Shown piece by piece: positions 58,410 to 64,000 of a DNA stretch of 64,000 bases. The first letter of the stretch is position 1. Every line of letters begins with the position of its first letter. The notes under the pieces were generated by a model. The model made no database searches, was not told the DNA's origin, and saw nothing but the letters and a program-made list of their open reading frames with translations. The position numbers and the translations under genes are program-made. The DNA comes from Candidatus Brocadiia bacterium (GTDB lineage Bacteria; Planctomycetota; Brocadiia; SM23-32): the NCBI GenBank assembly GCA_046538485.1, contig JBKHIT010000012.1, positions 26,415 through 90,414 of the forward strand. Reading direction: 5' to 3'.

Positions 58410-59806
58410 GTGATATTCTCCCACCTTCTCGATACATTTTCCCGGTGCCTTTCGGACCCGGGACGGCAACTCTGAGCAGCTTCCACCTGTTCAGGGGGAG
58501 GCGAAACATGTCCCCCAAGAAGTGGCGAATCGGTACGCTCCATCATCGAATGAAGCATATCACGCAACTCGTCAAGCAGTTCACCCACCCCCGAATTCGA
58601 GGCGATATCATTCATCTCCAGCGGATCTGCCTTCAGATCATACAGTTCTTCCGCGGGCGGCACTTCACATTTTGTCTTCATCACCTGCCAGGTAGGCGCC
58701 GTCATCACGTCCAGATCGTCCACCCGAATCCATTTGCCAGCTTCATGTGTAGCCAACACCCGCTCATCGGCGCCGGCGGCGTCGGCTTCCGTGGTGGCGA
58801 AGGAACGAATGTATTTGTGCGTTTGTGTCCGGACATAGTGCATGGGATCATAGGAAACATCGTAGAAGAGCGCTCCGTAAACAGCCTCGCGTTCTTCATA
58901 CGTGTCGCCCGATAGCAATGTGGAAAAACTCCGGCCCACCACATCTGGAACCGGGCAATCGCATAGTTCAAGTAATGTCGGTGTAAAGTCGATATTGCTG
59001 AGAAGTTCGTCGTAACATACCCCGCCATCAAGATGTCCTGGCCAGTGCATGATCAGGGGAATGCGGATACCTGGATCGTAGAAAGTTGCTTTCGCGTGGG
59101 GGAATGCCGGCCCGTGGTCAGTAGTAAAGATGACAAGCGTATCCTCCTCAAGCCCCGTTTTGCGAAGGGTCTCCAGCACTTCCCCAACAGCACAATCCAT
59201 ATCAAAAATACTCTGGTGGAACCGTGCCACATCTCGCCGAACGATCGGTCGGTCAGGCATAAACGGGGGAACCTCGACATCATCTTCTGAAAAATCTGTA
59301 TTCTCCGGCCAGACACGATGCACATGAGAGAAGCCGGCATTGGCAAACCATGGTCCATCTTTCGCCTCTTTCGACTCCAGAAATTCTTTCAGAGTCTGGC
59401 AGACGTTCTGCACGCGATAGTCATCCTGAACGTGGAGGTGCTGGTAGCCCAGGCCATGAGGTGACTCGTGCGTTTCGTGCTGAAACCCAAACAGATGGCT
59501 GGCGTACCCAGACTGCGTGAGATATTCGGCCAGATGGGTAGCGTTTGGCTTAAGGCTCCAGCCAAAATTGGAAAGCCCCATTAACCCGTTCTGATGGGTG
59601 TAAAGACCGGTCATCATGCTGCTGCGACTCGGGGTACATTCAGGAGCGGGCGTAAAATACTCACTAAAATACACGCCTCGGTTAGCGAGAGCATCCAGGT
59701 TGGGACTTCTGACGCTTGTGTGGCCGTAGCAGCCAAGGTAATCGCCGAGATCATGCGGGATGAAAACAAGAACGTTTGGCCTCTGTTTTTTGCTCATGGC
59801 TTGCAC
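58406..59806 (-). CDS. Sulfatase (N-sulfoglucosamine sulfohydrolase-like)
   Basis: RPNVLVFIPHDLG, CTPSRSSMMTG, TTDHG, ELYDLKADPLE; alternative start ATG 59797. Confidence 0.92.
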   Translation of the reverse strand: MQAMSKKQRPNVLVFIPHDLGDYLGCYGHTSVRSPNLDALANRGVYFSEYFTPAPECTPSRSSMMTGLYTHQNGLMGLSNFGWSLKPNATHLAEYLTQSGYASHLFGFQHETHESPHGLGYQHLHVQDDYRVQNVCQTLKEFLESKEAKDGPWFANAGFSHVHRVWPENTDFSEDDVEVPPFMPDRPIVRRDVARFHQSIFDMDCAVGEVLETLRKTGLEEDTLVIFTTDHGPAFPHAKATFYDPGIRIPLIMHWPGHLDGGVCYDELLSNIDFTPTLLELCDCPVPDVVGRSFSTLLSGDTYEEREAVYGALFYDVSYDPMHYVRTQTHKYIRSFATTEADAAGADERVLATHEAGKWIRVDDLDVMTAPTWQVMKTKCEVPPAEELYDLKADPLEMNDIASNSGVGELLDELRDMLHSMMERTDSPLLGGHVSPPPEQVEAAQSCRPGSERHRENVSRRWENIT

Positions 59807-59861
59807 ATTCTACTTGATTTGAGCTTTCCAGGCCCCTCTAAGACAGGTAAGACCGAATGCT

Positions 59862-61217
59862 TTACTCCGGGGTTTCGAGAGCTTTATCCAGCTCGAGAAG
59901 TTTTTCCACCAGTTCTTGGTGCACATCAGCGAACGGCAACTGGCCACAAATCATAGGCACCGTATCGGCAGCATAGCCGCCTTCCTGCGCTTTCGTCTCA
60001 TCCGGCGCGTAACCAATTGAATCGTTCACGAGGCTTGTTACAAAAGGAATGGGAGCGCTGGACTCTTCAGCAACATCCCGTTTGATCGCCTGAAACGTTT
60101 CGAAAGGCGAACCGAGTATCGCGATCGGCCCCAGACGTATGCCGTGCAGCTCAGTGGGAGGAGACAAAGAATCGCCATCTTCGAGTCTTTTCAGCAGTCC
60201 TCGCAGCGCGATTGCGTTAACTGTGTTCATCCGGGTCGAACGGTCCGCGTCATCGGGCAGCTTCCCATCTTCCGATTCCGCAATTTCTTGCTCCGCCTCC
60301 GCGAGACGTTTTTTCAACTCATCGGCATCCCAGGTTTTGCGGATGAAAGTTACTTCATGGCGTGCGGCCTGCAGACAATGAACGTCGATCTCCTGTCCCT
60401 GCGCAATCCCTTCTCGCACAGATCGTGCGAACCGCCCCGCGATTTCATCAAGAGCGAGCAAACTCTCTTGTTGGGAACGCCCGCCGATAGCAGTATTCAC
60501 GTCGCCGTGGGCTCCCTGGAAAAACAGACCGACAGCCCCGGGATGGTCGCGTTCCACATTGTTCAGGGCCACCCCCGGATAATCCCCGTGTATAACGCGG
60601 GATTGACTGCAGCAGACGACCGGGTGGCAGCCAAAATACACTCCGAAACCAAGCAATTCACCATCGACCGTCCGTCCTGACAGCACATGACACGTGGTAT
60701 CGGTGAGCTCCGGTTTGGAAGGACGCCAATCGTTTTGCATGGCTCCTCCGTAATCGGCCCAGAAATCGTCGTATTCGCGATTGATCCCAATACCTTCACA
60801 CGGGACTTCTGCGTGACACAGACGGGCCTCTTGAAGATTATCCAGCGCTCGCCCGACCGCATCGGCAATCCTGTAGGGCAAAACTTCCTCGTACGGAGGA
60901 TCGCTCTCGCCCCACCCGATGTAAGTGCCTACTGACGGGCCGCTGTGGGTATGAGAACAGCAAATCATCAATCGATCCGGCTCAAGACCTGTACGATCCG
61001 CGAGCAAAACGCGAACCTTTTGAGTTATCGAAAGCTTCACCCCGATAAGGTCACAGGCAACGATCACGACCGCTTTTTCGTCAACCTGCACGGCCATTGC
61101 CCGCGCCCATAACCGATCGCGGACTCCCACGGAATGGCGATTAATGAACGCACCAAAACCACAAAGCTCAACGCCGACCCGTGGCGTTATATCTGTCTTC
61201 GCAAATCCAAGCTCCAC
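59862..61217 (-). CDS. Neutral/alkaline ceramidase N-terminal-like amidohydrolase
   Basis: TDITP, CSHTHSGP, CHPVV, GDYPG, QGAHGDVN. Confidence 0.8.
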   Translation of the reverse strand: MELGFAKTDITPRVGVELCGFGAFINRHSVGVRDRLWARAMAVQVDEKAVVIVACDLIGVKLSITQKVRVLLADRTGLEPDRLMICCSHTHSGPSVGTYIGWGESDPPYEEVLPYRIADAVGRALDNLQEARLCHAEVPCEGIGINREYDDFWADYGGAMQNDWRPSKPELTDTTCHVLSGRTVDGELLGFGVYFGCHPVVCCSQSRVIHGDYPGVALNNVERDHPGAVGLFFQGAHGDVNTAIGGRSQQESLLALDEIAGRFARSVREGIAQGQEIDVHCLQAARHEVTFIRKTWDADELKKRLAEAEQEIAESEDGKLPDDADRSTRMNTVNAIALRGLLKRLEDGDSLSPPTELHGIRLGPIAILGSPFETFQAIKRDVAEESSAPIPFVTSLVNDSIGYAPDETKAQEGGYAADTVPMICGQLPFADVHQELVEKLLELDKALETPE

Positions 61218-61219
61218 CG

Positions 61220-62470
61220 TTATTTCCCTTCCGTATCCAGGCTTTTGATGTCATCAGCTTGCGTGGCGACCTTTGTGAAAATTTTTCCTACGGCGTCGAT
61301 CGTTTCCTCATCCGCACCGAGCCACGGGTGAGAAAGCGATATGGCGCGCTCGGTTGCGACATACTCCGCCACTTCGCAACGACCGCCGTGAATACGATAC
61401 CGGTCTTCGGGCGGATTGAAAAGCACGTGATCGTACACGGGACCGTAAGTCCCCCCGACATTGAGGCCCTCGGCTTTCAGAGCTTCCACAAGCGAGGCTC
61501 GTGGGACATCTCGACATGGTTCCTCGTCAAAGATAAAAACGATGGCATAGTAGCCCTGCGGGCTTGCCAGACGCCCCCGGGATTGCACCCGCACGCCGGG
61601 CACGTTCTCGAGATGTTCCCGGATTTTTGATGCGTTTTTATCGTAGAGCTTGATTCGTTCCGAAAGGTTCCGCAGCTGCTCCCGCAATATCAGGGCTTGA
61701 AAAGCGGTAGCCCGGAAATTATGGCAAACCAAATCTTCCGGTGGACTTCCGGAAGGACGTCCCTGTTCATTCCCTGGCGCATAGCCTATGTGTTTCAGGC
61801 GGAAAATGCGGTCAGCCAGTTCGTCATCATCGGTCAAACAAATCCCCCCTTCGCCGCAACTGAGGGTCTTGGATTGCTGAAAACTGAAACTGCCGACATG
61901 TCCCCAGCTCCCGACACCGCGTCCATCCCATTTCCCCCCCTGCATATGCGCACAATCTTCCACCACTGGTACGCCTTTGCTCTCACAAATCTGGAGTATT
62001 TTCTCCAGATCCGCCATCGAGCTATACAGATGGACCGGGACCACTGCCCCGGTTTTCGGTGTAATAGCATCTTCCAGCTGATCGGGGTCAAGACAAAGTG
62101 TAGAAGGTTCAAGATCCACAAAAACAGGCGTCGCCCCGAGGTAATACGCAGCCATAGCGGTGGCCATCCACGTCAACGCCGGCACGATTACCTCATCGCC
62201 CTCTCCCACTCCGAGCGCTGCCAAAGCGCACCGGATGGTAACGGTGCCGTTGACCATAAAGATCCCGTGTTTGGCACCATGATAATCCGCGTATGCCCTG
62301 GCAAATTCCTGCTCGGCCGGGCTATGGAACGACCACTCTCGCGACAGATAAAGTTTCTTCATCCGCTCGGCCGTTTCCTCACTGACCGGGGGCCAGCTTT
62401 CCGGCTTCAACGGGGTTTCGCTGATCGGTTTCCCGCCATTGATGGCGAGTTTGCTCGTGCTGGTAACCAT
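61220..62470 (-). CDS. DegT/DnrJ/EryC1/StrS PLP-dependent aminotransferase
   Basis: NGT, GDEVIVP, EDCAHMQG, SFSFQQSKTLSCGEGG. Confidence 0.92.
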   Translation of the reverse strand: MVTSTSKLAINGGKPISETPLKPESWPPVSEETAERMKKLYLSREWSFHSPAEQEFARAYADYHGAKHGIFMVNGTVTIRCALAALGVGEGDEVIVPALTWMATAMAAYYLGATPVFVDLEPSTLCLDPDQLEDAITPKTGAVVPVHLYSSMADLEKILQICESKGVPVVEDCAHMQGGKWDGRGVGSWGHVGSFSFQQSKTLSCGEGGICLTDDDELADRIFRLKHIGYAPGNEQGRPSGSPPEDLVCHNFRATAFQALILREQLRNLSERIKLYDKNASKIREHLENVPGVRVQSRGRLASPQGYYAIVFIFDEEPCRDVPRASLVEALKAEGLNVGGTYGPVYDHVLFNPPEDRYRIHGGRCEVAEYVATERAISLSHPWLGADEETIDAVGKIFTKVATQADDIKSLDTEGK

Positions 62471-62511
62471 AAAACAGTCTCCTGAAAACTCTTTCTCCAC
62501 GAACCAATCGC

Positions 62512-62550
62512 ATTATACAGGCTGCAAAATGCCCTGAACATAGGTATAAT
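62512..62550. promoter_or_regulatory. Overlapping divergent promoters (aminotransferase operon / AraC gene)
   Basis: TATAAT on both strands (62517-62512 minus; 62545-62550 plus). Confidence 0.5.
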
Positions 62551-62560
62551 AACGCGACAT

Positions 62561-63490
62561 ATGGAATTTATAACACAAAAAAAGCGCCGGCGCGGTGAAT
62601 CCCAGTTTTGCCTGTCCGATTGGTTGAGGGCCATGATTGCGTCTCTGGCGACTTTTAGCCCCGATAGAGTCATCTGGCCCCGTCGAAAAGAGCGGTTCGC
62701 GGAACCTGTAAAAAATACCGTTTCTGCAGCGCAACGCCACACGTCATCTCTCCACTCGCACGACTACACGGAACTCTGTGTCTCCGTCGGCGGGCGAGCT
62801 CTCATGGAAGTCTCGGACGATGTATACGCGCTGTATCCGCCATCGATCTTTTTCGCCCTTCCCAAAACGCCGCATTGCCAGGCTCATAGGATGGACAGTG
62901 CCTGGCATGCTCTTGTCTGGCTGGCTTTTTCACAGGACGCGATGCTGGTGGTGACCAGTCTCTACGAACCTGAACGTGGCTGGGCAGCTTCGCGTAGAAT
63001 CAGTCTTGAGGGACAGGACGTCAGGCAATCCTCCGAAATACTCAGCGAGCTGACGGCAGACCAAAATCAGATTCCCCTGAATCTCATTCGCGCGAATCTG
63101 CTGACACTCGCCAATCGAGTTTACCAGCAAGCCGCACGGCAGGAATTGAGCAATGAGGAACCGCAGTCCGGACTGATCGAGCATCATCTCCCCGTGCTGA
63201 ATTATATCCGGACTTACATCAACAATAATCTGGACAAAAAAATAAGTCTGCAGGAACTCGGCGAAATGGCTCGCCTCAGCCCCAACTACCTCAACCGACT
63301 ATTCAAAGATTGGGCGGGACAACCAATCCACCAGTATAAGGTCCGTCGCCGGATGGAAACCGCGATGCAACTCCTGCGGGAAGGTGAACTGCTGATCAAA
63401 CAGGTCGCGCGGAAAGTCGGCTACGAAGATCCTCTTTATTTCAGCCGCGCGTTCCACGATTATTTCGGCCGGTGGCCCAGCGATATCTGA
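62561..63490 (+). CDS. AraC family regulator with cupin sensor domain
   Basis: HSHDYTEL...PH cupin; LSPNYLNRLFK, VGYEDPLYFSRAF. Confidence 0.92.
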   Translation: MEFITQKKRRRGESQFCLSDWLRAMIASLATFSPDRVIWPRRKERFAEPVKNTVSAAQRHTSSLHSHDYTELCVSVGGRALMEVSDDVYALYPPSIFFALPKTPHCQAHRMDSAWHALVWLAFSQDAMLVVTSLYEPERGWAASRRISLEGQDVRQSSEILSELTADQNQIPLNLIRANLLTLANRVYQQAARQELSNEEPQSGLIEHHLPVLNYIRTYINNNLDKKISLQELGEMARLSPNYLNRLFKDWAGQPIHQYKVRRRMETAMQLLREGELLIKQVARKVGYEDPLYFSRAFHDYFGRWPSDI

Positions 63491-63520
63491 AATCCGATCC
63501 CAAAAAGAAAAACGGCAGGA

Positions 63521-63976
63521 TTATTCGGGCACTTCCTCGGGATACGGATCAAAATCCATAAAAATACGCGAGAGTTCGTTGGAAACGGAACTTCCTGTAA
63601 TCGGATGGATCAAAAAAGGACCGTTCACCCGCACGGGTTCTTTAAGCCCGGGCGCGTGTCGGCTCATCGCAATCTCTCCCGCTTCTTCGAGCCTCTGAAG
63701 TTCTTTCTTGTGTTTCTCTTTGGCGAGATTGAACTTGTAAATAATAACTTTCGAGAAATCCAAACTCACAGCCTTCCCCTTTACACCTCGCCAGGCCGGG
63801 CCATATTTTTTGTCAGCCCCCATCCCCACACCGACGTTATTAGCCTCGAAATGTTTGAGCAGGTCATCAATGCTTTTCGTTTCCGGCCCGCTGCTTCCTC
63901 CACCGCAGCCCACAATAAGGGTCACGACGATCATCCAAACGCCAAAATGACTTCCCTTTCGCCAAATACTCGGCAT
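63521..63976 (-). CDS. Hypothetical lipoprotein
   Basis: Lipobox LIVGC followed by a G/S linker; AAAGGA SD before ATG 63976. Confidence 0.75.
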   Translation of the reverse strand: MPSIWRKGSHFGVWMIVVTLIVGCGGGSSGPETKSIDDLLKHFEANNVGVGMGADKKYGPAWRGVKGKAVSLDFSKVIIYKFNLAKEKHKKELQRLEEAGEIAMSRHAPGLKEPVRVNGPFLIHPITGSSVSNELSRIFMDFDPYPEEVPE

Positions 63977-64000
63977 ATTGTTTCCTTTCATGGCATGTGC

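Overview
Gene-dense, GC-rich bacterial window, probably Planctomycetota or another PVC member (inferred from prepilin-type/DUF1559 genes, many sulfatases and XylR/AraC regulators). 0-9 kb: surface-glycan-modification-type cluster with PaaK/CapK-like ligases, an ATP-grasp protein, a GNAT, an asparagine-synthase-like amide ligase, DUF354 and a truncated GT2. 9-18 kb: orphan AddB-like nuclease, Gfo/Idh/MocA enzyme, FucI-like isomerase and MrfA-like helicase. 18-64 kb: a large glycan/sulfate catabolic region with a membrane protein, regulators, oxidoreductases, secreted GH/lyase-like proteins, sulfatases and an aminotransferase. Main non-obvious observations: (1) four promoters share an exactly spaced architecture, TGWCGCAAA direct repeats 21 bp apart, then 6 bp, then -35/-10, suggesting an AraC/XylR regulon that links DUF1559 genes to uncharacterised secreted enzymes; (2) a stack of out-of-frame prepilin/DUF1559 gene fragments (leader, C-terminal piece, headless body, alternative tail) precedes an intact copy; (3) two copies of a ~148-bp MITE with TIRs and 8-bp TSDs; (4) an internally deleted IS110/IS1111 element inserted into a small hairpin; (5) intergenic mosaics of several REP-like hairpin families, one with covarying stems. 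No rRNA, tRNA or CRISPR array was seen. All family calls come from motif recognition, not database searches.
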